Source: an uncultured virus (IMG/VR IMGVR_UViG_3300032038_000017) (taxonomy: Duplodnaviria; Heunggongvirae; Uroviricota; Caudoviricetes). Taken from it: a DNA stretch of 64,000 nucleotides. Positions 29,603-39,895 of this stretch are shown here, one piece after another (the stretch's first letter is position 1; each line of letters opens with the position of its first letter). The stretch lies in the IMG/VR virus record IMGVR_UViG_3300032038_000017; one strand, written 5' to 3'. The notes beneath the pieces are model-generated. The model made no database searches. It was not told the DNA's origin and saw only the letters and a program-made list of their open reading frames with translations. The position numbers and the translations under genes were made by a program.

Positions 29603-30232
29603 TTAAAAAACTGACAGATAACCGTCTGTTTTCAAGTCGGCTACAAGTTCACGGCTTGCAAGGTTATCAAATGACTTATTCATAAGTCGGCAATTTGTTT
29701 CACGCAAGCAAGGCTCACCGTTCAAGTTCTTTGTTTCACACAAAAGAATGTAGTTCTTTATGTTCTTGCTTGTGTAAGGCTTTTTCTGAACACGGATGTA
29801 AAAGTCTGTGTTTTCTGCAACCTTTACACCGTTACCCCATTCAATGTCGTATTTTGCACGGCACTTTACAATGTCTCCAATCTTGAATGTTTTTGCCGTT
29901 GCTTTCTTTTCTGCAAGAGCCTTCAACTGTTTTTCAACCCACACTTTATCGTCATCGTTTGACGGCTTGAAGGCTTTAAGTATGCTTGAAGGAACACCAC
30001 TTTCATAAGGATTGCACTGAATGTCCTTATAGTAGAATTCACCTTTGCTTTTTGAACCCTTCATCAAAAGAACCCAATCTTCACCTTTTGGACTTTCCAT
30101 AAGGTAGTAGAAATTGTTTCCTTTCTGAACTGATTTCTTAATCTTGTGATTGTACTTTGGAAACTTTGCCATTTCATCTGCCATACAATCTTTAAGGCTT
30201 TTAGAGCCAACATAGTAACTTGTCCAACCCAT
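29603..30232 (-). CDS. hypothetical protein
   Basis: element and RBS. Confidence 0.85.
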   Translation of the reverse strand: MGWTSYYVGSKSLKDCMADEMAKFPKYNHKIKKSVQKGNNFYYLMESPKGEDWVLLMKGSKSKGEFYYKDIQCNPYESGVPSSILKAFKPSNDDDKVWVEKQLKALAEKKATAKTFKIGDIVKCRAKYDIEWGNGVKVAENTDFYIRVQKKPYTSKNIKNYILLCETKNLNGEPCLRETNCRLMNKSFDNLASRELVADLKTDGYLSVF

Positions 30233-30332
30233 AGTGGAACCCCCTTATAGCAAACAGATTATAACCTTACGAAATGTCTACCCTGCAATAAAAGTAAAAG
30301 CCTTGCCAACTGACTGACAAGGCTTATTTTGA

Positions 30333-30818
30333 TTACAGATTTTCTTCGATGTAACGCTTTGCGATATCACACAGTACATTATTGTCAAGATTGTCAAATG
30401 CCCAATCTTCGTCAATGTCGTCTTTATCTACAAATCCGTTATCGCCTGCCCAATCACGAGCTGCGTTGTTAAATGCATCTGAACTCTTGCTATTTTTAAT
30501 AGCGTCAATGATACCTTCGCAAGAATCTTCGCTTACTTCGTCATCATTGATAATGTCAATTGCACGGTCGATGACTGTTTCGTTTTCTGCCGTTGCGTAT
30601 TCGTTTTCGTCACCGATTTCAAATCCGTTCTGTCTTGCAACCTTAATGATTTCATTGAAAGTTGCTTGTGTGATTCCGTTGTTGTGTGAACCCATCTGCA
30701 AGTGGTCGATAACCATAGCAACTGAACTGTCGATAGTCGGCTTGTTTGCGACTACACGCTTTTCAACAATCTGCTCGATAGAATCTGCGAGTTCTGACAA
30801 GATTTCTGACTTTTCCAT
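30333..30818 (-). CDS. acidic hypothetical protein
   Basis: element and RBS; D/E-rich. Confidence 0.85.
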   Translation of the reverse strand: MEKSEILSELADSIEQIVEKRVVANKPTIDSSVAMVIDHLQMGSHNNGITQATFNEIIKVARQNGFEIGDENEYATAENETVIDRAIDIINDDEVSEDSCEGIIDAIKNSKSSDAFNNAARDWAGDNGFVDKDDIDEDWAFDNLDNNVLCDIAKRYIEENL

Positions 30819-30880
30819 TGTGTTAATCTCCTTATGTCTTAATTATTATAACCTTGTGGGGATTTTACCCCGACAAGTTT

Positions 30881-31264
30881 TTACGCTACCAAAACTTCTT
30901 TTGGAAAGACCCATTCGCTAGTGTCAATGTGATTTTCTGCGTCAAGTCCAAAGATTTCTGCAAAAAATCCACTTTTCTTTGCAAGGTCACCAAAGATTTC
31001 TTTGTCGCCTATGTGCAAGTCAAATTCACTTCCGTCTTTTGTCTTAAAAGAAGTCCAAAGTTCATTCTGTGAAATTGGCCAATAGTCTGTAAAATCAATT
31101 ACTTCTGAAAAGCCGTCTTTGTTAGGATTAAGCATTACACCTATTCCAACCTTTACAACCTTACAAGTATGCTTTATACCACCTCTTTCAAGTTCCTTAT
31201 CAAAGGGTACTGACTGAAAGCCAAAAACAACAGTTGATTCGCTAGAAATGTCTTTAAGTTCCAT
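30881..31264 (-). CDS. hypothetical protein
   Basis: element and RBS. Confidence 0.8.
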   Translation of the reverse strand: MELKDISSESTVVFGFQSVPFDKELERGGIKHTCKVVKVGIGVMLNPNKDGFSEVIDFTDYWPISQNELWTSFKTKDGSEFDLHIGDKEIFGDLAKKSGFFAEIFGLDAENHIDTSEWVFPKEVLVA

Positions 31265-31332
31265 AGCATTATCTCCTTATGCCTATAAAATTATAACCTT
31301 GTCCAAGTCTTACCCTGGACAAGGTCACTTGC

Positions 31333-31548
31333 TTAAAGACCTAAGATGGATTTTGCGTTTTCGATTTCACGATTGAAAGCGATTACGGAGTCTTTTTTAC
31401 CCCTAGTCTGAAACTTGATGTGTCCGTTCCAAGTACATTCGTACCAATGTCTTTCTGACATAGGCTTAAGACGAAGTTCTACATACTTTCCGTCTTTTGT
31501 TATGTACTGATACCAACCAGTGCCATTCATAAGTGCTTTTGTTGCCAT
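31333..31548 (-). CDS. hypothetical protein
   Basis: element and RBS. Confidence 0.8.
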   Translation of the reverse strand: MATKALMNGTGWYQYITKDGKYVELRLKPMSERHWYECTWNGHIKFQTRGKKDSVIAFNREIENAKSILGL

Positions 31549-31607
31549 AGATTAGCCCCCTTATGCCTATAAGATTATAACCTTACTCGGAATCTACCCT
31601 GCAAGGT

Positions 31608-31790
31608 TTATTCTTCGTCATCTTCATCGATATCTGAATAAGACTCTTCCCATTCGATATCTTCTGCAGGACCGAAATCTGCATCGCACATAAACTGCTC
31701 GGCTTTTTCGTGAGCCTCTTTCGCATTTTCTGCATCGACATAGACTTCAACTTTTGCCGTCATACGATAAGTAACACAATACTTTTTCAT
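31608..31790 (-). CDS. small acidic protein, similar to 33126..33326
   Basis: VEVYVDAENAKEAHEKA pattern. Confidence 0.8.
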   Translation of the reverse strand: MKKYCVTYRMTAKVEVYVDAENAKEAHEKAEQFMCDADFGPAEDIEWEESYSDIDEDDEE

Positions 31791-31826
31791 AGTGTTTTAT
31801 CTCCTTACACCTTAAAGATTATAACC

Positions 31827-32327
31827 TTACGCAACTTCTACCCCGTAAAAAGTTGCACGGATTTCGTCTGCTTTTTCGTTTGCCAATGTCCAATTATCTT
31901 TTCCCCTAGAAAAATCAGAAAAAATTGAGTTTATCGCATAGATTTCTACAAGGGTGTGCTTTGCATACAGTTCGTCTACAAAGTCCAGGCAACGCTCAAA
32001 AGCGTGTGGTTTTAAGTCTTTGTTAGGAAACTTCAATTCGCCAATGTCGTAAACATACACTGAAAGCAAATCTTCAAAGACTTCTGCCTTCTGCTTTTTA
32101 TGATTGTAATGAACGAACGCAAGAACCATCATTCCAGCACAAAGTTCTTCTTCGCTTACTTCGCTTTCCTCAATGTCCTTTTTTGACAACTGTGGTTTGA
32201 CGATGTTTTCCCAAACGGCTTTTCTTTCCTTGTCGTTGTCAAATGCAATATGCAACTTAATTCTATCATAGTCATTGCCGATTTTAAGGTCTGCAATTTC
32301 TACTTCGTCTATTTCTGAAATGTTCAT
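31827..32327 (-). CDS. hypothetical protein
   Basis: element and RBS; ends inside next element. Confidence 0.85.
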   Translation of the reverse strand: MNISEIDEVEIADLKIGNDYDRIKLHIAFDNDKERKAVWENIVKPQLSKKDIEESEVSEEELCAGMMVLAFVHYNHKKQKAEVFEDLLSVYVYDIGELKFPNKDLKPHAFERCLDFVDELYAKHTLVEIYAINSIFSDFSRGKDNWTLANEKADEIRATFYGVEVA

Positions 32328-32426
32328 TGTTTTCTCCTTATGCCATTATAATTATAACCTTACTTATTTCTTACCCTGTATAAATAAAAATAAAGGCAAG
32401 GTTTTTAAGCCTTGCCGTAGGGGGTC

Positions 32427-32846
32427 TTAGTCAAGAATCTTTACTAAAAAATTTCCACAAAGTTGTGGTATTTCAAAAGACAACTGTAAGTTGATTGCGT
32501 TCAAGATTCTGTCAAAAGCGTCATCTTCGTCAAGTTCGTAACTGTCGTCAAAGTAAACGGCTTGAATACCTTCCGTGCCACCATAGTAGCCGAACACCAA
32601 CTGAATTCCGTCATTGTCAAACAGTCTTACAGTAGTAATTCCGTATGTGGCGGCGGCTAGGTCATAAGCCTTTTCAAGTTCTTTTTCGCCCATTTTGCTT
32701 GCCTCAAGTGGTGTGGGTGTATCTTCTACCTTAAAGTCGATAGTTCCAAAGCCGTCAACTTTTCCGTCAAAGACTTCTTTTACACGAGCCACAACCAACT
32801 TTGCAAGGTCGGCTTTACTTTCGCAAAAAGCGTAATTTGATACCAT
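32427..32846 (-). CDS. hypothetical protein
   Basis: element and RBS. Confidence 0.85.
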   Translation of the reverse strand: MVSNYAFCESKADLAKLVVARVKEVFDGKVDGFGTIDFKVEDTPTPLEASKMGEKELEKAYDLAAATYGITTVRLFDNDGIQLVFGYYGGTEGIQAVYFDDSYELDEDDAFDRILNAINLQLSFEIPQLCGNFLVKILD

Positions 32847-32924
32847 TGTATTTCTCCTTATGCCTTACCTATTATAACCTTGCAGAATATTTACCCTGCA
32901 AGGTTATACGGCTAATCTTTCAAG

Positions 32925-33116
32925 TCACTTTCCAACGAAGTTCATTGTGCGACCTAACTTGCACTGATAGGCTCGCATTTCAACACTTCCTGTATTTTCG
33001 AATTCTGAAAGACATTCTTCTTTCAGTTCTTCTGCGGAAAGGCGAGTCTTAAATTGTTCTTTCGCCCACTTATTCCACCAAGACTTCAAACCGTTTAGTT
33101 TATCAGTTCTTTTCAT
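32925..33116 (-). CDS. hypothetical protein
   Basis: GAGGG RBS. Confidence 0.7.
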   Translation of the reverse strand: MKRTDKLNGLKSWWNKWAKEQFKTRLSAEELKEECLSEFENTGSVEMRAYQCKLGRTMNFVGK

Positions 33117-33125
33117 ACCAACCCT

Positions 33126-33326
33126 CTAGTAAGAATTGTCCCATTCTTCTGTAAGGTCATCATAGGTGTCGCCATCTTCGATTGAATCAATTTCAATGTA
33201 ATCTGCCGACATTTCCTTTTTAGCCTTTTCAGAATAAAGTTCCATTGCCTCAAACTTTTCTTTTGCCTCGGCTACTGAACTTGCATCAATGTAGACTTCG
33301 CTACGAAATGTTACTCTAACTGTCAT
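33126..33326 (-). CDS. small acidic protein, similar to 31608..31790
   Basis: SEVYIDASSVAEAKEKF pattern. Confidence 0.8.
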   Translation of the reverse strand: MTVRVTFRSEVYIDASSVAEAKEKFEAMELYSEKAKKEMSADYIEIDSIEDGDTYDDLTEEWDNSY

Positions 33327-33397
33327 TGTTTTATCCCCTATACTAACAACATTATAACCTTATCCAGTTGTTACCCTGAACAAGGTTATTTTTGTTT

Positions 33398-33700
33398 TTA
33401 GTTGATTCCACCTACCAACTTGCCTTCTTCCAACTTGTAGTAAAAAATTTCTTCGGACTGCAAGTATTTTTTCAAGCCGTCAATGTCGTCTGCCTTAACA
33501 AACTCTTCCATCTTATACAACTGCTCACGAGTAGGATAAAAAACTACTTGATTATCCAAATCACCACCAAGTTCACTGTTAGCCGTGATTGCGTCTTCCA
33601 ATTCTTCTTCTGCAAAGTAATTGTATGCACCGTCAATCATAACTTCCAATGTCAAGTAGTCATTGCCGTCAAAAGTAATACTTCCAATACCTTTATTCAT
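33398..33700 (-). CDS. hypothetical protein
   Basis: GGAG RBS before MNKG. Confidence 0.75.
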   Translation of the reverse strand: MNKGIGSITFDGNDYLTLEVMIDGAYNYFAEEELEDAITANSELGGDLDNQVVFYPTREQLYKMEEFVKADDIDGLKKYLQSEEIFYYKLEEGKLVGGIN

Positions 33701-33971
33701 ACCATTCTCCATTGTAAAGCAAAGGTTCTGTAATTGTATATCCACGCTCAAGTTCTTTTGCAAAAACTTCGTGCATATAATCATTCAAGAATCTTTCAAG
33801 TCTTTCCTTTTTGTCTTTTCTGTCTTGACCCATTTTCAATGTGCCGTAGTATTTTGACCATCGCCCCGTAGGTGTCTTTAATGGTACAAGAACTAACACT
33901 GTGTCTACTGCGGTACAAAAATAAGGTCTATGCTTTTTAGCGTATTCTGACTCGTGAAACTTTGTCATCAT
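33693..33971 (-). CDS. hypothetical protein
   Basis: element and RBS. Confidence 0.75.
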   Translation of the reverse strand: MMTKFHESEYAKKHRPYFCTAVDTVLVLVPLKTPTGRWSKYYGTLKMGQDRKDKKERLERFLNDYMHEVFAKELERGYTITEPLLYNGEWYE

Positions 33972-34033
33972 TTGCCCCCTATACCTAATAAATTATAACC
34001 TTGCAGAGTTTCTACCCTGCAAGGTTATTTGGC

Positions 34034-34453
34034 TTATGCGGCAAGGTCTGACATTTTCATGTATTCGTCTTTATGACTATTCCAACATTTCAAAAGGTAG
34101 TCCATCGCACTTTCAATGTCATCTTCGCTTTCAATGAAATAGTCTACATCGTAGACTTCGCCTTCTGTCGGTTCATAAGGCATAGTCCAGTCACAGTCAA
34201 AGTCACATTGCATAATGTTCTTATGCGACTGATAGGCAATCTTTGCACAAAGTTGATAACCGTCTTTGTGAAACGGTGTGTCATTGTCGCAACCGTTATC
34301 ACCGTCATAAGTCCAACCAAGAACGATAGCAAAGTCATTCTTTTCAGTTTGACCATCTGCAAGCCACCAAAAGTATGTACCCTCTTCACCACCTTTCAAA
34401 GACTGAACGGCATTACGGAAACCATCTTTGAACTCAGAAAGTTTTTTCGTCAT
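34034..34453 (-). CDS. hypothetical protein
   Basis: element and RBS. Confidence 0.85.
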   Translation of the reverse strand: MTKKLSEFKDGFRNAVQSLKGGEEGTYFWWLADGQTEKNDFAIVLGWTYDGDNGCDNDTPFHKDGYQLCAKIAYQSHKNIMQCDFDCDWTMPYEPTEGEVYDVDYFIESEDDIESAMDYLLKCWNSHKDEYMKMSDLAA

Positions 34454-34514
34454 AGTTTATCTCCTATACCTACAAGATTATAACCTTACGGAAATCTTAC
34501 CCTGTAATAGAATC

Positions 34515-34545
34515 AAAAAGGCTTGCAAATCAAATTGCAAGCCGT
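34515..34545 (-). terminator. Intrinsic terminator
   Basis: GGCTTGCAA..TTGCAAGCC hairpin followed by TTTTT on minus strand. Confidence 0.75.
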
Positions 34546-34550
34546 TCTTT

Positions 34551-35351
34551 TTACCATACCAAGCCAAGACTATCGTAAGCCTTGCCGATTTTTTCCTTTA
34601 ACTTGTCTTTAAGTTCGTCAAAAGTTTCATAAGCAAACTCATCCAAGTAAATGTAATGATTGCCAATGTCTGAACCGTCTGCCGAAGTCATACCCATAAG
34701 CCTTGCCCAACTACCAATACTTTCACGACCATAACTTAAATCGTCATTGAAGTAACTTTCAAGGCGAGCCAAGTGCTTGCCGTTCTTCAAGTCATTACGA
34801 TAATTGTCATTGTCATACAACTTCAACTGAACTCCGATAAAAGCTGGGGTGTCTGCATAGTAGTCGTGGTCAAAGTCGTTGAACTCATCCCAAAGTTTAT
34901 CGTGCTTAGGGTCAAGTGTAAACTTTTCATTTTTGTCAAACAAAGACGGTGTAGGGTCAACCTGATACGGTGTATAATTATCATACCAATTTTTGAACTC
35001 GTCAAAAGTCGGAAATTCTTTAAGCCATTCTGCATTTTCGTCTTTGCCTTTAATGTTCCAATCATAGAAATCATACAAAGCTGGCGAAAGCAGATTGTCC
35101 AAAATCAACTGTGCATTTTTGGCACGATTTTTCTGCTCTTCATTACCACCGTCTTTGAATGTCAATTCACTATCCCAATGTGGTGTGTAATTTGCAGAAA
35201 TAGTTACAAAGCCGTCTGTGAAGTTTATAAAGCCATCATAACTTGAACCGTCAGAAACATTGACATTCGGATAGAAGTCGTTGTTTTCAAACTTGTCGCC
35301 ATCAAGCATAATGTCCTTAAGCTCTTCCATAGCGTTCATTTCTTTAATCAT
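34551..35351 (-). CDS. acidic hypothetical protein
   Basis: element and RBS. Confidence 0.88.
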   Translation of the reverse strand: MIKEMNAMEELKDIMLDGDKFENNDFYPNVNVSDGSSYDGFINFTDGFVTISANYTPHWDSELTFKDGGNEEQKNRAKNAQLILDNLLSPALYDFYDWNIKGKDENAEWLKEFPTFDEFKNWYDNYTPYQVDPTPSLFDKNEKFTLDPKHDKLWDEFNDFDHDYYADTPAFIGVQLKLYDNDNYRNDLKNGKHLARLESYFNDDLSYGRESIGSWARLMGMTSADGSDIGNHYIYLDEFAYETFDELKDKLKEKIGKAYDSLGLVW

Positions 35352-35435
35352 TGTTTAAGTCCCCCTATTTGATTTCGTTTACACCTATAAAATTATAACC
35401 TTACAAGGTTGTTACCCTGCAAGGTTAAAATCTTT

Positions 35436-35744
35436 TTAGCCGTTGTATTCCAAGTCACAGTTGTTGTCGAAGTCAAACACCCAATCAACCCCCGACCGTT
35501 CCCATTCCCATTCCCAACCGTTCTTGTCGCAAGCATCGTCAAAAGCACACTCAACAGAACCGTCAGATTCGTCTGAATAGTTTGCGGCTTTTACTTCTTC
35601 CTTTACAGTGTCAAGTTTTACACCGTTAGGAACAAGAACTCGAATGTTACCATACTTGCGTGACCTTCCGTACTCATCTTCCATGTAAATGGAAACAACA
35701 TAGCGTGTGTGGTCTTTTGTTACAAGACCGTCTGATTTAATCAT
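35436..35744 (-). CDS. hypothetical protein
   Basis: start after element and RBS. Confidence 0.8.
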   Translation of the reverse strand: MIKSDGLVTKDHTRYVVSIYMEDEYGRSRKYGNIRVLVPNGVKLDTVKEEVKAANYSDESDGSVECAFDDACDKNGWEWEWERSGVDWVFDFDNNCDLEYNG

Positions 35745-35811
35745 AGTGTATCTCCTTATGTTAGATTTATTATAACCTTGCACAAGTTCTACCCTGTGCA
35801 AGAAGGTTGTG

Positions 35812-36051
35812 TTACCACCAATTTACTTCTTCAAATGTGGAGCCGTCATTCAGTTCGTTACGGTCGTCTGCAAGATAAACTTCAATGTGGTCGCTATCTT
35901 TTCCAATAGTTCTTTCGACATTGGCAACGATACCACGCACACGCTTGTCATCTGCAACACCAACTTGCAAATCTTCGCCGACAGTAGGAACTGTCATTAC
36001 TTTAACCTTGTAGACATTTCCTTTCCAATCAATTACCTTAATGCGAATCAT
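35812..36051 (-). CDS. hypothetical protein
   Basis: element and RBS. Confidence 0.8.
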   Translation of the reverse strand: MIRIKVIDWKGNVYKVKVMTVPTVGEDLQVGVADDKRVRGIVANVERTIGKDSDHIEVYLADDRNELNDGSTFEEVNWW

Positions 36052-36140
36052 AGATTATCTCCTTACAGTTTATAGTTTATAACCTTATAAGGTTTTTACC
36101 CTGGCAAACAAAAAAGGTGGCTTTTAAGCCACCCTTAATT

Positions 36141-36728
36141 TTAAGCACCAAGTCTGTCGAAACTTGCTTGAATGTAGTCCTTGCCGTTTACCATTTCATT
36201 CAGAACATCCCAACCGTTTGTTCCAATCCGATTCCAAGCACGGTCTAAATAGAACCCACGCATTGAATCAATCATGTCCAAAAGGTTTGCGATTGCAGAA
36301 AGTTTTTCCTTTACTTTTGTGCCGTCCATGTAACGGCAATTAGGAACGATTTCTGTCAAAAGGCAAGCACCAAGTCCGTATGAAATAATGTCCGACAAAT
36401 CCAAGTCGTCATCGTCATCCAAGCCACAAGACTGTCTTACACGGTTACGAACCGTTTCATTCATAGAACTTTCAGACGGAATAAGATAAAGGTCGATTGC
36501 TACCTTTCCTTTATAATCGTCATCCCCCGTAAGTTCATACAAATCTTCGACACGAACGACATACTTGTATTCAAAGTTAAGACCATCCTCTTCGTGCTTG
36601 TAAGTCTTTTTTGTTTCGTAGTATGTTTCAGTTGAGTAGTCAATGTAAAATGGAAACATTCTTTTGAATGACTTTGCTCTTCCGTTGATTGTAGCAACAT
36701 TATCTGCAAAAACCAATTTCTTAGACAT
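36141..36728 (-). CDS. hypothetical protein
   Basis: element and RBS. Confidence 0.88.
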   Translation of the reverse strand: MSKKLVFADNVATINGRAKSFKRMFPFYIDYSTETYYETKKTYKHEEDGLNFEYKYVVRVEDLYELTGDDDYKGKVAIDLYLIPSESSMNETVRNRVRQSCGLDDDDDLDLSDIISYGLGACLLTEIVPNCRYMDGTKVKEKLSAIANLLDMIDSMRGFYLDRAWNRIGTNGWDVLNEMVNGKDYIQASFDRLGA

Positions 36729-36788
36729 TGTTAAGCCCCCTTATGCCTATCTTATTATAACCATAGGGTATTTCTACCCTGTGGCTTT

Positions 36789-37145
36789 TTAGCAATAACG
36801 GATTCCGTCTAATGCGTGAAACTCAGTGTCAATATGTTCTGCTATGGCTTTTGCCATTTCTTTTGAAGTCTTGAAATTTTCAAAAGAAAAATGCTTGCTT
36901 TTGCGTGTTTTTTCAGTCGTGGCTTGCGACCAACCGTCACAAGTTTTTACTACAATGTCGTTTTCGTCTTTACGGATTGCATAAAAGAATGAAGTTGTCT
37001 GACCTTTATAGTCCCAAACTTGAACCATTCTTTTAGGCAAGTTGTCTGACATTACACTACCACCAAGTCGGCTTGTCAAATCCAAGCCTAAATTATTCAC
37101 TACTGTATAGTAAGATGACGCTTTCATAGTTTTCCTCACATCCAC
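36789..37145 (-). CDS. hypothetical protein
   Basis: ORF; start may be at MKASS. Confidence 0.75.
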   Translation of the reverse strand: MDVRKTMKASSYYTVVNNLGLDLTSRLGGSVMSDNLPKRMVQVWDYKGQTTSFFYAIRKDENDIVVKTCDGWSQATTEKTRKSKHFSFENFKTSKEMAKAIAEHIDTEFHALDGIRYC

Positions 37146-37148
37146 GAA

Positions 37149-37385
37149 TCAAAACGAATCGAATTCTTTTCTGCAATCACGCCAACCCTCTACATAGGCA
37201 TTGTTGATTGCTAACGCAACAGTCACCATCATTTCTACAAAATCGTGACATCCACTTGCTTTGAGGCTTTCACCATTTTTGTAGACGATTTCAAGATTTT
37301 TTCCATAGCGATTGATTGTATTTATTTCTGCTATTGGAAGTTCTACACTTGTTCCATAGTGTGTGTATGTAACTGTTTTCCTCAT
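37149..37385 (-). CDS. hypothetical protein
   Basis: element and RBS. Confidence 0.8.
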   Translation of the reverse strand: MRKTVTYTHYGTSVELPIAEINTINRYGKNLEIVYKNGESLKASGCHDFVEMMVTVALAINNAYVEGWRDCRKEFDSF

Positions 37386-37454
37386 TGTTTTATTCTCCTT
37401 ACCTTTAAAAAATTATAACCTTGCAAAGTATTTACCCTGCAAGGTTATTTTATT

Positions 37455-37838
37455 TTAGTCCAAAGATTTTACATAATCCAAGCCGTCTTTGACCCAAGCC
37501 TTTAATGGCTCAAGGTCGCCAACAACTTCAAATGTTTCTTCTTCAACATCACCGTCATAATCGTATGGGTGGGAAACTTCAATAAAAAATTTCCCATTAT
37601 CTGCTACAATTAACTCGGTGTCCCAAGAACCGTCTGGAGCGTGGTCATCCAAATCTTTCAAAAAATCTTCCTTAGACTTGAACATTCCACAGTCTGCAAA
37701 AAAAGAATCATAAACGGCTAACAGAAAATTATAGCCTTTTCCATAATCGCAGTTTTCGTCTAATGGAAGGATTTCCCTTTCGTCATAGTCAAAAAAGTTC
37801 TTACTGATAAAGTCTGCATTTACTTCAATCTTCTTCAT
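37455..37838 (-). CDS. acidic hypothetical protein
   Basis: AAGGA RBS before MKKIE. Confidence 0.8.
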   Translation of the reverse strand: MKKIEVNADFISKNFFDYDEREILPLDENCDYGKGYNFLLAVYDSFFADCGMFKSKEDFLKDLDDHAPDGSWDTELIVADNGKFFIEVSHPYDYDGDVEEETFEVVGDLEPLKAWVKDGLDYVKSLD

Positions 37839-38019
37839 CGAGTCCTTCCTTTTCGATTCCTTCGATTTTTTCAATGTAGAACTGACCAATCTGTGAACCG
37901 AAGTCCTTCAAGTCGGTTGACTGTGCGATAAGGTCATTACCTGCATATGCGTAGTATTTCTTTATACCGTTGCAATAATGCTCACACTGAATGTTTAACA
38001 AATCAGTAAACAAATCCAT
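37825..38019 (-). CDS. hypothetical protein
   Basis: element and RBS. Confidence 0.75.
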   Translation of the reverse strand: MDLFTDLLNIQCEHYCNGIKKYYAYAGNDLIAQSTDLKDFGSQIGQFYIEKIEGIEKEGLDEED

Positions 38020-38087
38020 AGTTTTTCTCCTATGCCATTTAAATTATAACCCTACAAGGTTTTTACCCCGTAAGGTCTTTCAGATTA

Positions 38088-38549
38088 TTAGAAGTCAAAC
38101 CAAGCGATTGCAGAATAGAAACCAAACTTGACACCAAAAAGGTCTGAAACCTTTTTAATAGCGTTCATAGTTGTTTCATTCTGAATCTTGTTAAGACTTT
38201 CCATTTCGTCACCATTCTCCAAAGGAATACCAATAAGGTAGTAGTCCTCATCGCCTGGTGTGAAATAGATAGATGTTTGCAAACCAAGTTTGTTTCCAAC
38301 AGAACCAACAATGTCACGACCACAAACAGAGTCCATGTAACCTTCGTTTTCGATAAGTTCGTCTACTGTTTCGTAGTCGTATTCGCCCTTCATACAGTCC
38401 ATAATAATTGAACCGTATTCTTCCGATTTCTGATAATCTTTGCAGAACTTCATAAGTTCGTCATTGCTGATACCGATTCCAAAGTAACTGATAGATTCGC
38501 ACTGATTCGACTGTGGCTCTACAAAAATCTGTGGAACTTTCTTTTCCAT
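38088..38549 (-). CDS. hypothetical protein
   Basis: element and RBS. Confidence 0.85.
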   Translation of the reverse strand: MEKKVPQIFVEPQSNQCESISYFGIGISNDELMKFCKDYQKSEEYGSIIMDCMKGEYDYETVDELIENEGYMDSVCGRDIVGSVGNKLGLQTSIYFTPGDEDYYLIGIPLENGDEMESLNKIQNETTMNAIKKVSDLFGVKFGFYSAIAWFDF

Positions 38550-38642
38550 TGTTCTAGTCTCCTTATGTCCCATTTATTATAACCTTGCAGTATACCTACC
38601 CTGCCAATAAAAAAGGTGGTCTATAAAAGACCACCAAGATTT

Positions 38643-38915
38643 TTACAGATAAACTTTTCCCAAAAGTTTTTCGCCGGCTCCACTCTCAACAAGCAAGCGT
38701 TTCAAGAACTTTCGCAACTTGTAACCGTTTCGGCTTTCGTAGTCGTCTGCGATTTCCCATTCTTCGTCATCCTTGTCGTAGTCTGGGTTTGAATCGTCAA
38801 AGTAGGTTTCAATGTCGCCATTGTCCATGTCCAAAGCAATCATTCTGATTGAACCGTCAAGAATCTTTGCAAGTTCTTCGTCAATTTCGATAGTTACTTT
38901 GCATTTTTCTGCCAT
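38643..38915 (-). CDS. acidic hypothetical protein
   Basis: element and RBS. Confidence 0.8.
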   Translation of the reverse strand: MAEKCKVTIEIDEELAKILDGSIRMIALDMDNGDIETYFDDSNPDYDKDDEEWEIADDYESRNGYKLRKFLKRLLVESGAGEKLLGKVYL

Positions 38916-38963
38916 AGGTTTTATCTCCTCTTATACTAGGGTTATTATAACCCTAGCGTATTG

Positions 38964-39458
38964 TTACCCTGTGTAAGATTCGTCAAGGTCGTCAAGTTTT
39001 TCTGCAAGTTCGTCATAGTTCAATTTGAAGAAAGAAAATTCTCCGTCATTGTCGCTATTTTCAAAACTTGATACACCAAGTTCGTTATTGATAAACCTTA
39101 CAAGTTTATCAACCAAGTAGTCTTGCATTTCTTTGTCTACATTTTTGTCCTTATTGACCATGTTCTCAGTAGGAAACATAATGCAAGCGTTATCAAGCAA
39201 TCCTGTTCCGTCTACAAGCACAAAATCGGCATGACCTTCTTCGCTTGAAGTAGCATTGCAAACACCGATAAACAAATGTTCGTCAATGTCAATTCTGCGT
39301 GGAAGTTCCTTAGACCAAAAATGCTTTGCAAGAACACCGTTAAGTTTGTCCAAAACATTTTCGACCGACAAAACATCATACATACGATAAAGTGTTTTTT
39401 TGTTTTTGTCGCTGTCTTGCAGACATTCGTGTTCCAAAAATCTTTCTTTGAAGTCCAT
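38964..39458 (-). CDS. hypothetical protein
   Basis: element and RBS; stop inside next element. Confidence 0.85.
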   Translation of the reverse strand: MDFKERFLEHECLQDSDKNKKTLYRMYDVLSVENVLDKLNGVLAKHFWSKELPRRIDIDEHLFIGVCNATSSEEGHADFVLVDGTGLLDNACIMFPTENMVNKDKNVDKEMQDYLVDKLVRFINNELGVSSFENSDNDGEFSFFKLNYDELAEKLDDLDESYTG

Positions 39459-39553
39459 AGTTTAATCTCCTTTACACCAATGTAATTATAACCTTAATAG
39501 GTTCTTACCCTGAATAAAATAATAAAAGGGTCTTTATCAGACCCAAAAATAAC

Positions 39554-39826
39554 TTACTTATAGATTGCAAGTGATTCGTCAGTAATGTCTACTGTAATTT
39601 TTAGCATTGTGCCGTGTGTTCCGTAAACGCTGCCAACATCCAAAACTTGAACATTCGGAATCTGCTCCAACTGTCTGTAGCTCATTACCACAAACTTATC
39701 GCAATTTTCGGCTTTGGCAATGTCGCTAGTAGGAACATTATCCTTTGTTACAAGTGCCGTATTGCCGACAACATACCTTGCGTCTGAACTACTGTTGATT
39801 ACTGTCAAAAGTTCTCGTATACGCAT
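39554..39826 (-). CDS. hypothetical protein
   Basis: element and RBS. Confidence 0.75.
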   Translation of the reverse strand: MRIRELLTVINSSSDARYVVGNTALVTKDNVPTSDIAKAENCDKFVVMSYRQLEQIPNVQVLDVGSVYGTHGTMLKITVDITDESLAIYK

Positions 39827-39895
39827 TGTCTTTTTCTCCTTACACAAAATACATTATAACCATACAAGGTTTCTACCCCGTATGGCTTTTAGGAC